Positions 26,367-36,045 of a stretch of DNA of 64,000 bases are shown in pieces. Both the position numbers and the translations under genes were made by a program. The notes under the pieces were generated by a model that made no database searches, had not been told where the DNA came from, and saw only the letters and a list, made by a program, of their open reading frames with translations. This DNA is from an uncultured Opitutia bacterium (lineage in GTDB: Bacteria > Verrucomicrobiota > Verrucomicrobiia > Opitutales > Opitutaceae). The stretch covers positions 12,857 to 76,856 of the forward strand of contig CAIPZZ010000030.1 in NCBI GenBank assembly GCA_903869665.1. The letters are read 5' to 3'. Each line of letters begins with the position of its first letter. The first letter of the stretch is position 1.

Positions 26367-27377
26367 ATGATCGAAGTCCGCCAGCTCACCCGCGTGTTCC
26401 GCACCTACAAGAAGCAGCCCGGCTTCTGGGGCGGTGTGCGCGGACTGTTCCACCGTAAGTTCGAGGAGACCCGCGCGGCCGACGACATCACGTTCGACAT
26501 CGCCGAGGGCGAGTTCGTCGGCTTCCTCGGCCCCAACGGCGCGGGCAAGACAACGACGTTGAAAATGCTCTCCGGCCTCATCTACCCGACCAGCGGCACC
26601 GCGCGCGTCGCCGGTTACGATCCGACCAAACGCGAGAACGCCTACCGCCGCCTTTTCGCCCTCGTGCTCGGCCAGAAAAATCAGCTCTGGTGGGATCTGC
26701 CCGCGCAGGAGTCGTTTCTCCTCCTCCGCCACATTTACGGCCTGCCCGCCGACCAATACAAGGCGACCCTCGACGAGCTGGTCTCGCTCCTCGGCGTCGG
26801 CGACAAGCTCAACGTCATGGTGCGTGAGCTCTCCCTCGGTGAGCGCATGAAGATGGAGCTCATCGCCGCGCTCCTGCACCGTCCGCGCGTGCTGTTTCTC
26901 GACGAGCCGACCATCGGCCTCGACGTGATCTCGCAACGTGCCGTGCGCTCGTTTCTGCGCGACTACAACCGCAAGTATCGCACGACCATTTTGCTCACCA
27001 GCCACTACATGGCCGACATTAAGGAGCTATGTGAGCGCGTCATCATTATCAACAAGGGCAAAAAAATCTACGACGGCGCGCTCGCCCGGCTGGAGGGCGG
27101 CGCCACCGGGCCGAAAAAAATCGTGCGCTTCGTCCCGGCCCTGAGCACGGCCGATGGGCCTGGCGACGGCAGCGCGGCAGGCGGGTTTCCCGAAGGCTGG
27201 TCGTCCGTCCACGGCACGACCACGCGCGACGCCGAGGGCAAATTCACTGTGCGCGTGCCCGCCGAGAACATCGTCGCCGTCTCGCAGGAAATCCTCCGCG
27301 CCGGCCCCGTGGCCGACATCACCATCGAGGACGTGCCGCTGGAGGACGTGATCGCCGAGCTGTTCGCGGTGAAGTAG
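26367..27377 (+). CDS. ABC transporter ATP-binding protein (COG4586-like)
   Basis: ATG 26367; Walker A GPNGAGKTT, signature LSLGERMKM, Walker B LFLDEPTIGLD, extra C-terminal domain; no permease gene adjacent. Confidence 0.86.
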   Translation: MIEVRQLTRVFRTYKKQPGFWGGVRGLFHRKFEETRAADDITFDIAEGEFVGFLGPNGAGKTTTLKMLSGLIYPTSGTARVAGYDPTKRENAYRRLFALVLGQKNQLWWDLPAQESFLLLRHIYGLPADQYKATLDELVSLLGVGDKLNVMVRELSLGERMKMELIAALLHRPRVLFLDEPTIGLDVISQRAVRSFLRDYNRKYRTTILLTSHYMADIKELCERVIIINKGKKIYDGALARLEGGATGPKKIVRFVPALSTADGPGDGSAAGGFPEGWSSVHGTTTRDAEGKFTVRVPAENIVAVSQEILRAGPVADITIEDVPLEDVIAELFAVK

Positions 27378-27530
27378 GGGGCTGCCCCAACGTCCCGCTC
27401 CTATCGAAGCGGGCTACGATGAGAATGTGGCCCGACTCGGGAGAGCCGGGATCAGTCCACGGCATTCCCTTTTTGCGAATCTCAGCAAATCTCTCTTGCC
27501 AGCCGGACGGACGACGACGTGATTTCGGAC

Positions 27531-27776
27531 ATGAAGACCTTCACCGCCCGTGAATTCAGCCGTTCGTCCGCCGTCGTGTTCGCCGCCTGCGACCGCGATG
27601 GCGAGGCGCGTGTCCTCCATCGCGATGGTCGCGCCTATCGGGTTTTGCCAGATGCGCCGCCCGCCCGCTTCATCACCAGCGTGCCCGACTTCGCCGCGCG
27701 GCGGCGCAAGCTGTTTCCCGAACCGCTGTCCAAGGCTCAAACCAAAATGCTGGATCAAATGCTGCGCGGGGAATGA
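27531..27776 (+). CDS. Phd/YefM-like antitoxin (orphan)
   Basis: MKTFTAREFSRSSAVVFAACDRDGEARVLHRDGRAYRVLP resembles Phd/YefM N-terminal fold; no toxin gene downstream on the same strand. Confidence 0.5.
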   Translation: MKTFTAREFSRSSAVVFAACDRDGEARVLHRDGRAYRVLPDAPPARFITSVPDFAARRRKLFPEPLSKAQTKMLDQMLRGE

Positions 27777-27791
27777 AACCCGCTCACTCCC

Positions 27792-28040
27792 TCAATCCCG
27801 GAAAATCACGGCGATGCGGACTTCTTTGACCGCGTGATCCAGCCAGTAGGTCACTGAAAACGGGCCGAAGAAGCGGGTGAGCAGGAGGCGGTCGTTGTCC
27901 ACGCGCTCCTCAAAATCGGCGGGCTGAAACGGGGCGGCGGCAATCTGGTCAAAGGCCGCCTGGAGCAAACGCCGTTCACGCGGCGGTCGTTGCAAGACCA
28001 TCTGCGCCGCCGTCCGTTCGATGACGTAGGTGTAGCTCAC
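27792..28040 (-). CDS. RelE/ParE-family toxin
   Basis: 82-aa ORF; C-terminal SVTYWLDHAVKEVRIAVIFRD typical of the RelE/ParE fold; 4-nt overlap with the upstream antitoxin gene. Confidence 0.62.
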   Translation of the reverse strand: MSYTYVIERTAAQMVLQRPPRERRLLQAAFDQIAAAPFQPADFEERVDNDRLLLTRFFGPFSVTYWLDHAVKEVRIAVIFRD

Positions 28041-28240
28041 CGCCCGGCTTGGTCACGTTGGTTCAAGGCCTGCTCGAACTCGGCCTGCGTCAGCCAGTCG
28101 GGGCTTTGCTGGGCGGCTTGCAGTTGGGTGCGGCGCTGCGGGTCTTTGCGCAGCGCCAGCGCCCGGAGATAGCGGGCGAGGTCGCTGATGTCCTCGAACG
28201 AGAGTCCGTCGGCTTGGGCCTTGATTTCCGTCACGCTCAT
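28037..28240 (-). CDS. addiction-module antitoxin (TIGR02574-like)
   Basis: ATG 28240 (MSVTEIKAQADGLSFEDISDLARYLRAL); small helical protein translationally coupled to the toxin. Confidence 0.58.
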   Translation of the reverse strand: MSVTEIKAQADGLSFEDISDLARYLRALALRKDPQRRTQLQAAQQSPDWLTQAEFEQALNQRDQAGR

Positions 28241-28532
28241 GCGGCGAAGTTGGTAGGTGGCGGCGAGGTTCGCAAGCGCGATTCCGCCCACGCTTTCGGC
28301 CCGTGCTCGGCTCTCCTCCAACGCCCGCGCGCCGTTTCAGAAACGTCAGGCCTGCGAGTCCGGCGCGGCGGCGTTTCAGGCCACGCTCCGCCAGCACCTC
28401 CCGCCCGACCACCCGCTGCTGCAGTCCCAGCCTCCCGCGCCCAAGCCGCGCAAATAACGCCAACAACTTTATCTCTGATTGTAATCATGTGGTTCCTTCG
28501 ATGACCAAGTATTTTTGCGGTTCACCGGAAGC

Positions 28533-30281
28533 TCACACCTTCGTCCCGACCGAGTGGAACGTCGCGTCCTTCGGCAGGATGGCGTGGTCGCACCAGTCGC
28601 CGAAGCCTTCGCCGGGGTGGCGTTCGGCGGCGTAGCGGTGGATGATGGGCGTGAGCAGGGCGACGGCGTCGTCGGGCGTGATGCTCGGCGAGTAGAGGCG
28701 GTTGAGGCGCGTGCCGTTGTAGGACGCGCCGAGGTAGAGCGCGTATTTGTTGGGTGCCTTGGCGACGAGGCCGATCTCGGCAAGGTAGGGACGAGCACAG
28801 CCGTTGGGGCAGCCGGTCACGCGGAGGCTGATGGCGTCGGCCCCGAGGCCGGCGGCGGCGAGCACGGGGTCGAGCTTGGCGATGAGGTCGGGCAGCATCC
28901 GCTCGCTCTCGCCGAGGGCGAGGCCGCAGGTGGGCAGCGCGACGCAAGAAAGCGCGTTGAGGCGCAAGCCCGAGCGCGCGTTTTCATTCGCGAGGCCGTG
29001 CTTGGCGAGGATGGCGTTGATGGCGGGCTTTTGCGCGTCGGTCACGCCAGAGATGCTGAGATTCTGTGACGCGGTGAGGCGGAAGTCACCGGTGTGAATC
29101 GCGGCGATCTCGCGGAGCGCGGTCTTCATCGGCCAGCCGGGCGCGTCCTTAATGCGGCCGCTGAGGATATGCAGGCCGTAGAACCAGGTGCCGTCGGCGC
29201 AGCGGTGCCAGCCGTGCGGGTCCTCGATGGTGGTGAACTCAAAGCGGCGGGGCGCGGTGAGCGTGATCCCGGAGCGGCGCTCGACCTCGCCGTGGAACCA
29301 CGCGAGGCCGCGGTCGGCGATGGTGTATTTCAGGCGGGCGTGCTTGCGGTCGGTGCGGTCACCGAAGTCGCGCTGCGTGGTGAGAACGGCGTGGCCGATA
29401 GCATTGACGTGCTCGGGCGCGATGAAGCCGAGCACATCGGCGAGGCGCGGGAAGGTTTTCTCGTTGCCGTGGCTCATGCCGAGGCCGCCACCGACGGTGA
29501 CGTTGTAGCCGGCGAGGCGGCCGTCGTCGCCGACGACCGCGATGAAGCCGAGGTCCTGGGAGAAGATGTCCACGTCGTTGGACGGCGGGAGGGCGAACGC
29601 AGTCTTGAATTTGCGCGGCAGGTAGGTCGGCCCATACATCGGCTCGCTCTCGGGCTCTCCGCCGGCGACAAGCGTGTCGTCGAGCCAGATCTCGTGGTAG
29701 GCGCGGGTCTTGGGCAGGGCGAACTCGCTCCACGCGCGGGCGTGCTCATACACGCGCGAGAGCAACGCGCTGCGTTCGGGGTTGGGCGGGGCCATGACGT
29801 TGCGGTTCACGTCGCCGCAGGCGGCGATGGAGTCGAGCAACACCGTGTGCATGCCACGCACGAGGGTTTTCACATTGCCCTTAAGAACGCCGTGAAACTG
29901 GAAGGTTTGGCGCGTGGTAAGACGCAGCGAAGGCTGGGCGATCTGGTCGGCAAGTTGGTCGAGCACGAGCCACTGCGCGGCGGTGCAGCGGCCGCCGGGC
30001 AGGCGCACGCGGAGCATAAAGGAGAATGCCTTCTCTTTGCCGGCCTTCTTGAGGGCGTTGCGCTGGTCGCGGTCGTCCTGCATGTAGAGACCGTGGAATT
30101 TGGTAAGCTGGCCGCTGTCCTCGGAGATGGCTCCGGTGGACGTGTCGGCGATCTCTTGCGCGAGATTGCCGCGCAGGAAATTGGACGCGGTCTTGATGCC
30201 TTCGTTGGCGACGAGCGGCTTGGGCGCGGGTGAGGCGGCGGTGGATGGGCTGGCGGGAGCGGCGGCAGGCTCGGTGCTCAT
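28533..30281 (-). CDS. cysI: assimilatory sulfite reductase hemoprotein subunit
   Basis: ATG 30281 within ORF 28533..30440; nitrite/sulfite reductase repeats; siroheme/4Fe-4S Cys motifs CVALPTCGLA and TGCPNGCARP. Confidence 0.9.
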   Translation of the reverse strand: MSTEPAAAPASPSTAASPAPKPLVANEGIKTASNFLRGNLAQEIADTSTGAISEDSGQLTKFHGLYMQDDRDQRNALKKAGKEKAFSFMLRVRLPGGRCTAAQWLVLDQLADQIAQPSLRLTTRQTFQFHGVLKGNVKTLVRGMHTVLLDSIAACGDVNRNVMAPPNPERSALLSRVYEHARAWSEFALPKTRAYHEIWLDDTLVAGGEPESEPMYGPTYLPRKFKTAFALPPSNDVDIFSQDLGFIAVVGDDGRLAGYNVTVGGGLGMSHGNEKTFPRLADVLGFIAPEHVNAIGHAVLTTQRDFGDRTDRKHARLKYTIADRGLAWFHGEVERRSGITLTAPRRFEFTTIEDPHGWHRCADGTWFYGLHILSGRIKDAPGWPMKTALREIAAIHTGDFRLTASQNLSISGVTDAQKPAINAILAKHGLANENARSGLRLNALSCVALPTCGLALGESERMLPDLIAKLDPVLAAAGLGADAISLRVTGCPNGCARPYLAEIGLVAKAPNKYALYLGASYNGTRLNRLYSPSITPDDAVALLTPIIHRYAAERHPGEGFGDWCDHAILPKDATFHSVGTKV

Positions 30282-30461
30282 GGAGGGGGAGCAAGGTTGG
30301 GCGATGCCGGGCGCAACGCAAGCGCGGGCGCGGCGGGAAAAAATATTCTCTCCCACGCAACCGGCGGCGGCCCGCACGCGTCTTGGGCGGTTCTCCGGCC
30401 TCGCCTTTGGGCCTTGCCTCCCCCCTTCGCGCCCCGCCAACCTACCCAGCTCACCTCACCT

Positions 30462-33218
30462 ATGTCCGCCCCACTCCCCTCCTCCACCGCCTCCGATGAT
30501 TCCGCCCCGGCCGCGAGCCGGCTGCTACCCGCGCTGCTGCTGCTCTTTGTCGGCAGCGGTTGCGCGGCGCTCATTTACGAGGTCGTCTGGCTCCAGATGC
30601 TCTCGCTGGTCGTCGGCGCGTCGGGCGTCTCGCTCGGCGTGATCCTCGGCACCTTCATGGGCGGTATGTGCCTCGGCAGCCTGCTGCTGCCAAAATTTAT
30701 CTCCAAGTCGGCCCATCCGCTGCGCGTCTATGCCGCGCTGGAGCTGGGCATCGGGCTCTACGCGCTGCTGGTGCTCGCCGGCCTGCCTTGGCTGGAAAAG
30801 CTCTACACGCAATTCGGCACGCCGGGCAACTCCGACCTGCCACTGCGCGCCACCATCGCCGGCCTGTGCCTGCTGCCGCCGACAATGATGATGGGCGCGA
30901 CGCTCCCCGCGATGGCGCGCTGGATCAAAGCCACCCCGTCCGGCGTCTCGTGGCTCGGCTTCTTCTACGGCGGCAACACCCTCGGCGCGGTCGTCGGCTG
31001 CCTGCTGGCGGGCTTCGTCCTCCTGCCCGACCACGACATGCCCTATGCGACCTATGTGGCCTTCGCCATCAACGCCGTCGTCGCGCTCGTCGCTTTTGCT
31101 CTCTCGGCCTTCGCCCCGCACACGGCGGACACAGAATCCGCCCCCGCGGACGGACCCGCGCCCACCGCGCCCGGCGCGAGACAGATTTACGTCGTCATCG
31201 CGCTCTCCGGCCTTACCGCGCTCGGTGCCGAGGTCGTGTGGACGCGCCAGCTCTCGCTGCTGTTTGGTGCGTCGGTTTACAATTTCTCCATCATCCTCGC
31301 CGTCTTCCTCGCCGGGCTAGGCCTCGGCAGCAGCGTGGGCTCGATGATCGGGCGGGACGCGCGATCGCCGCGCCTCGCGCTCGGCATCACCCAGATGCTG
31401 CTCGCCGTCGCAATGGCGTGGACGGCGTGGATGACGATGCACTCGCTGCCCTACTGGCCGATCAAGGCCGACCTCTACCCGACGCCGAAACCGTGGTTTA
31501 ACTTCCAGATGGATCTCGCCCGCGCCGCCTGGACGATCCTGCCCGCCGCCGTGCTGTGGGGCGCGAGCTTCCCGCTGGCGCTCGCGGCCGTGGCCACGCG
31601 CCGCGCCGAGGCCGGCCGGCTGGTCGGCACCGTCTATGCCGCCAACACCGTCGGCGCCATCGTCGGCGCGCTCGGCTTCAGCCTCTGGCTCATGCCCGCG
31701 CTCGGCTCGCAGGGCGCGCAGCGCCTGCTCATCGCGCTGACCAGCCTCGCCTCCTTGGTCGCCATCGGGCCGATGATTCTCCCGTCGCGCGCGGAGGCCG
31801 GCCGCGGCCCGCGTTTCGGCCTGGGCCTCGCGTTGGCCGCCTCGCTCGCCGTCGCCGCCTGGTGCGCCGGCATTATCACCCCGCCCAACTGGGTGCTCAT
31901 CGCCTACGGCCGTTTTGCGCCAACCTATGCCGACATCAGCGTCTTCAACGAGAAACGCGCCGACGGCGTAACCGAGGAGAAGGACGTGCCGCAGAACAGT
32001 GGCGACAAGATCTACGCTGAATACGTCGGCGAGGGCATGAACGTCTCCGTCGTCGTCTCCTACACTAACCAAGGTGTCCGCAGCTTCCATGGCGCGGGCA
32101 AGGTGCAAGCCTCCAACCAGTCGCAGGACATGCACCTCCAGCGCATGCTCGGCCATCTCTCGGTCCTCGCCCACAAGGAGCCGGACAAGGTGAAGAAGGT
32201 GCTCGTCATCGCCTGCGGCGCGGGCGTCACCGCCGGCTCGTTCATCCCCTACCCCGATGTCGAGGAGATCACCATCGTGGACATCGAACCGTTCGTGCCG
32301 AAATACGTCACGCCACGCTTCACGAAGGAGAACTACGGCATCACCGACGGCCTGGTTCACCAAAATCCCCGCATTATCAAAAGCCTCGTGCCCGGCGGGA
32401 AAGACAAGAAGGTCACCGTCATCTTCGACGACGGCCGCCACTTCCTCCACACCACCAAGGAGAAATTCGACGTCATCACCTCCGACCCCATTGACCCGTG
32501 GGTCAAGGGCTGCGCCGCACTCAACACCGTCGAGTATTACCAGATGGCCAAAGACCACCTCAACCCCGGCGGCGTGATGAGCCTGTGGATCCCCATCTAC
32601 GAGAGCAACCTCGCCACCACCAAGAGCGTGCTCGGCACCTTCTTCGAGGTTTACAAGAACGGCATCTTCTGGAGCAACGACATCAAGGGCGAGGGCTACG
32701 ACGCCGTGCTCTTCGGCCGCCAGGACGACGACCATGTGCCGCAGTTCAACCTCGACGAGATGCAGGCCCGCATTGACCGCCCCACCTACGCCGCCGTGAA
32801 GCAGTCGCTCGCCGACTACGACTTTCCTAACGCCGTGGCCCTCATGGCCACCTACGCCGGCCACGCCCCCGCCCTCCGGAGCTGGATGTCCGACGCCCAG
32901 ATCAACAACGACCGCAACCTCCGCCTCCAATATCTCGCCGGCATGTGGCTCAACTCTTACATCGGCCGCGACATCCTCACCGACATCCTCAAATACTACC
33001 GTTTCCCGCGCGACATGTTCACCGGCGCGGCGGACCGGGTGAACGAGCTCGAGGCCCAGCTCGCGCGCGAGGGCCGGGATCGCTTCGCCCCGGGCAACCA
33101 TGCCGGACTCGACAACGCCACCTTCCAGGCTCTCATGCAGACCCTGCAAAACCAGGTGCCGGCGGCCGGTGCCACCGCTCCAGCGCCGGCACCCGCCGCC
33201 GCTGCGACGCAGCCCTGA
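30462..33218 (+). CDS. fused MFS-like membrane domain/spermidine synthase-like protein
   Basis: ATG 30462; about 12 TM helices, then SAM-dependent spermidine synthase fold (VLVIACGAGVTAG, VDIEP, DVITSDPIDPW) and a TPR-like tail. Confidence 0.85.
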   Translation: MSAPLPSSTASDDSAPAASRLLPALLLLFVGSGCAALIYEVVWLQMLSLVVGASGVSLGVILGTFMGGMCLGSLLLPKFISKSAHPLRVYAALELGIGLYALLVLAGLPWLEKLYTQFGTPGNSDLPLRATIAGLCLLPPTMMMGATLPAMARWIKATPSGVSWLGFFYGGNTLGAVVGCLLAGFVLLPDHDMPYATYVAFAINAVVALVAFALSAFAPHTADTESAPADGPAPTAPGARQIYVVIALSGLTALGAEVVWTRQLSLLFGASVYNFSIILAVFLAGLGLGSSVGSMIGRDARSPRLALGITQMLLAVAMAWTAWMTMHSLPYWPIKADLYPTPKPWFNFQMDLARAAWTILPAAVLWGASFPLALAAVATRRAEAGRLVGTVYAANTVGAIVGALGFSLWLMPALGSQGAQRLLIALTSLASLVAIGPMILPSRAEAGRGPRFGLGLALAASLAVAAWCAGIITPPNWVLIAYGRFAPTYADISVFNEKRADGVTEEKDVPQNSGDKIYAEYVGEGMNVSVVVSYTNQGVRSFHGAGKVQASNQSQDMHLQRMLGHLSVLAHKEPDKVKKVLVIACGAGVTAGSFIPYPDVEEITIVDIEPFVPKYVTPRFTKENYGITDGLVHQNPRIIKSLVPGGKDKKVTVIFDDGRHFLHTTKEKFDVITSDPIDPWVKGCAALNTVEYYQMAKDHLNPGGVMSLWIPIYESNLATTKSVLGTFFEVYKNGIFWSNDIKGEGYDAVLFGRQDDDHVPQFNLDEMQARIDRPTYAAVKQSLADYDFPNAVALMATYAGHAPALRSWMSDAQINNDRNLRLQYLAGMWLNSYIGRDILTDILKYYRFPRDMFTGAADRVNELEAQLAREGRDRFAPGNHAGLDNATFQALMQTLQNQVPAAGATAPAPAPAAAATQP

Positions 33219-33250
33219 GCCGGCGGGTTGAGACGGGCCCGCGTTCGCGC

Positions 33251-34681
33251 TCAGCCCTTGCGGACGCTCGTCCGCACCTGCGCCTTCAGTTCCTTCCACC
33301 GCGCGAGGCGGTCGGCGATCTTGGCTTCCCAGCCGACGGGCTTCGGCGTGTAGAGCGTGAGCGGTTTATCGAGGTAATCCTGGCCGGAGATATTTTCGGG
33401 AAAATCGTGCGAGTAATCGTAGCCTTTGCCCTGCCCGATGCGTTTGTTGGCCTGGCCGCTTTTGCTGCGGAGCGCGGACGGAATGGTTTGCACGGGCTGT
33501 TCCTTTAACGCGCGGTGCGCTTCGCCGAGCGCGATCGTGGCGGAGTTGCTCTTCGGCGCGGTGGCGATGTAGAGCGTGGCGTGCGCGAGCGTAAGCTCAG
33601 CCTCGGGCAGACCGATGAAATCCACGGCATGGTGCGCGGCGACGGTGAGCGGCAGCGCCTGCGGGTCGGCGAGGCCGACGTCCTCGCTCGCAAGGATGAC
33701 GAGGCGCCGCGCGATGAAGCGCGGGTCCTCACCGCCGGCGAGCATCTTTGCGAGCCAATACATCGCAGCGTCGGGATCGCTGCCACGGCAGCTTTTGATA
33801 AATGCGGAAATCGTGTCGTGGTGCTCGTCCTCGTCGGCGTCGTAGCGGATGCGGCGCTCACGGGCGAAGACTTCGAGCTCGGCGGCGGTGAGTGCGGCGC
33901 GCTCTGGCAGGCCCAGCACGAGGACTTCGAGAGCGTTGAGCGCGCGGCGGAGATCGCCGTCACAGAGCACGGCGAGATCGGCGAGGAGTTCGTCGTCGGC
34001 CGTGACACCGCGCGCGCCGAGTCCGCGCTCGATGTCGCTGAGCGCGGCGCGGAGCACGCCGGTGATCTCAGCAGGCGCGAGCGGCTCAAGGCGGAAGAGG
34101 TGGGAGCGCGAGAGGAGCGGCGGGTTGACGTAAAACCCGGGGTTGTGCGTGGTCGCGCCGATGAGGCGAACGGTGCCTTCCTCAACGTCGGGGAGGAGCA
34201 GATCCTGCTGCGACTTGTTGAAGCGGTGCAGCTCGTCAATGAAGAGGATCGTCGCGGCCTCGGGGCGGCGGCGAGCGGCAGCGAGGATTTCGCGCAGCTC
34301 GGCGACATTGGACATGACTGCGTTGACGCGCACGAAACGGCTCTGCGTCTCGCGCGCGATGGCCTCAGCGATGGAAGTCTTGCCGCAACCGGGCGGGCCG
34401 TAGAACAGCAGCGAGCCGAAACGATTTTGTGCAACCAGCCGTGGGAGCAGTGAGCCCGGCTTCAGGATGTGCGACTGGCCCACGACCTCGCTCAGGTTGC
34501 GCGGACGCATGCGCGCGGCGAGCGGCCTTTCGACCGGCTCAAGGCCCCGAGCGGAGTCGAGGGGCTGCCCTTCGGCGCGGCCTAGGGCAGGCGCGGCGGA
34601 CGCGCGCCGGCCGCCCGGCGACGGAGCGCCGGGTGGCAGATCGTCGTCGCCGAAGAAGTCGGACTGGTCGGGCGCGGGCAT
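33251..34681 (-). CDS. rarA: replication-associated recombination protein A
   Basis: 476-aa ORF; LAARMRPRNLSEVVGQ, Walker A GPPGCGKTS, Walker B FIDELHRF, MgsA C-terminal domain. Confidence 0.92.
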   Translation of the reverse strand: MPAPDQSDFFGDDDLPPGAPSPGGRRASAAPALGRAEGQPLDSARGLEPVERPLAARMRPRNLSEVVGQSHILKPGSLLPRLVAQNRFGSLLFYGPPGCGKTSIAEAIARETQSRFVRVNAVMSNVAELREILAAARRRPEAATILFIDELHRFNKSQQDLLLPDVEEGTVRLIGATTHNPGFYVNPPLLSRSHLFRLEPLAPAEITGVLRAALSDIERGLGARGVTADDELLADLAVLCDGDLRRALNALEVLVLGLPERAALTAAELEVFARERRIRYDADEDEHHDTISAFIKSCRGSDPDAAMYWLAKMLAGGEDPRFIARRLVILASEDVGLADPQALPLTVAAHHAVDFIGLPEAELTLAHATLYIATAPKSNSATIALGEAHRALKEQPVQTIPSALRSKSGQANKRIGQGKGYDYSHDFPENISGQDYLDKPLTLYTPKPVGWEAKIADRLARWKELKAQVRTSVRKG

Positions 34682-34767
34682 GGCGGGACTTAGCCAGAGC
34701 AGAAAGCCAATGAAAAGGCTTCAAAACGCACGCCGCTTCGTGCCAAATCCACCCACACCCCTTTTCC

Positions 34768-36045
34768 ATGCCTGCCCCGACGTCCTCTGCCACCCTTTCC
34801 GAGGCCGAACTCGCCTCCGCCACGGCCTCGCTTGAGCGCCTCCTCGCCACGCTCGACACCGTCCTCTTCGGCCAGCGCGAGCTGACCGAGCTCACCGTCA
34901 TCGGCGTGCTCGCGCGCGGCCACATCCTGCTCGAGGGCCTGCCCGGCCTCGGCAAGACCGAGCTCGTCAAGGGTCTCGCCAAGGCCCTCGGCCTCGACGC
35001 CCGCCGTGTGCAATTCACGCCCGACCTACTGCCCGGCGACATCACCGGCAACCCCATGCTGCAGGAGGTGGACGGCAAACGCGTCTTCGTTTTCCAGCGC
35101 GGCCCGATTTTCGCCAACATCCTCCTCGCCGACGAAATTAACCGCGCCTCGCCCAAAACGCAGTCTGCGTTGCTCGAGGCCATGCAGGAGCGCCGCGTGA
35201 CCGCCGGGGGCGAGACGCACGCGCTGCCCGACCCGTTCTTCGTGCTCGCCACGCAAAACCCCATTGACCTCGAGGGCACCTACCCGCTGCCCGAGGCGCA
35301 GCTCGACCGCTTCCTGTTCAAGATTGATGTCCGCCGCAACTCGCCCGAGGTGCTCCAGCGCATCGTGCTGCACCGCGAGATCGGAGTCGAGCCGGTGGTC
35401 GCCGCCGTCGTCACGCGCGACGAGCTCACGCGGCTGCTCGCGCTCGCGCGGCGCGTCCATCTGCCCGAGCCGGTGGCCAACTACATCTCCCGCCTCGTCA
35501 ACGCCTCGCATCCCGGCGAATCCGCCGCGAGCGCCGGTGTGCGTTTCGGCGCCAGCCCGCGCGCCGCGCTCGCGCTCGCCGCCGCCGCCAAGGCCCGCGG
35601 CCTGCGCTCCGGCCGGCCGCACGCGAGTTTTGAGGATGTGCAGGCCGTCGCCCGCCCCGTGCTCGCGCACCGCATCTTGCTGGAGCATACCTCAAGGACA
35701 AGGCGACCGCCTCGTTGCTCACGACCGACGAATACAACGCGCCGCTCGTCGCCGCGTGGGCGCGCGGCGCGGGGCGCGCGGCGGCGGTGTCGTTCCCGCT
35801 CGGCGGCGAGCACTCCGAGCGCGTGCGCGCGTGGCCGGGCTACGGGGACTTTGTGCAGACGCTCACGCGCTGGCTCGCCGGCGAGGACGCACCGCCCGGC
35901 CTCGCGCTGCGCACGGCGGTCGAGGGCGACCGGCTCGCGCTGGAGCTGCTCTACGACGAGACGTGGGCCGCGCGCGTGGCCGACAGCGGCGGCCCCGTGG
36001 CAACGCTTGCCGAGAGCGCCAACGGCCGCGGCGCGGAAACCGTGA
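34768..36045 (+). CDS. MoxR-family AAA+ ATPase, C-terminally truncated (ORF runs on into non-homologous sequence)
   Basis: MoxR motifs (GHILLEGLPGLGKT, ILLADEINRASPKTQSALLEAMQE, FVLATQNPIDLEGTYPLPEAQLDRF) up to VLAHRILLE at about 35686. The remaining 120 codons are Arg/Pro-rich read-through. Confidence 0.8.
   Translation: MPAPTSSATLSEAELASATASLERLLATLDTVLFGQRELTELTVIGVLARGHILLEGLPGLGKTELVKGLAKALGLDARRVQFTPDLLPGDITGNPMLQEVDGKRVFVFQRGPIFANILLADEINRASPKTQSALLEAMQERRVTAGGETHALPDPFFVLATQNPIDLEGTYPLPEAQLDRFLFKIDVRRNSPEVLQRIVLHREIGVEPVVAAVVTRDELTRLLALARRVHLPEPVANYISRLVNASHPGESAASAGVRFGASPRAALALAAAAKARGLRSGRPHASFEDVQAVARPVLAHRILLEHTSRTRRPPRCSRPTNTTRRSSPRGRAARGARRRCRSRSAASTPSACARGRATGTLCRRSRAGSPARTHRPASRCARRSRATGSRWSCSTTRRGPRAWPTAAAPWQRLPRAPTAAARKP

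Noticed and set aside
27378-27518. The spacer after the ABC ATPase gene has small palindromes (GGGGCTGCCCC, CCCGCT...AGCGGG), inspected as a terminator or regulatory RNA.
   Set aside because: The stems are short with no U tract and no recognisable riboswitch or leader features.
31317-33299. Very long ORFs antisense or out of frame to well-supported genes. Examples: 31317..33299(-), 14943..16355(-), 24967..26337(-), 44787..46139(-), 59913..61076(-), 57921..58970(-), 186..1259(+), 1377..2516(+), 3835..5001(+), 29094..30233(+).
   Set aside because: These are typical shadow ORFs of a high-GC genome. Their translations are Arg/Gly/Ala/Glu/Asp-rich low-complexity strings with no motifs, and every one lies opposite a gene with clear family signatures.
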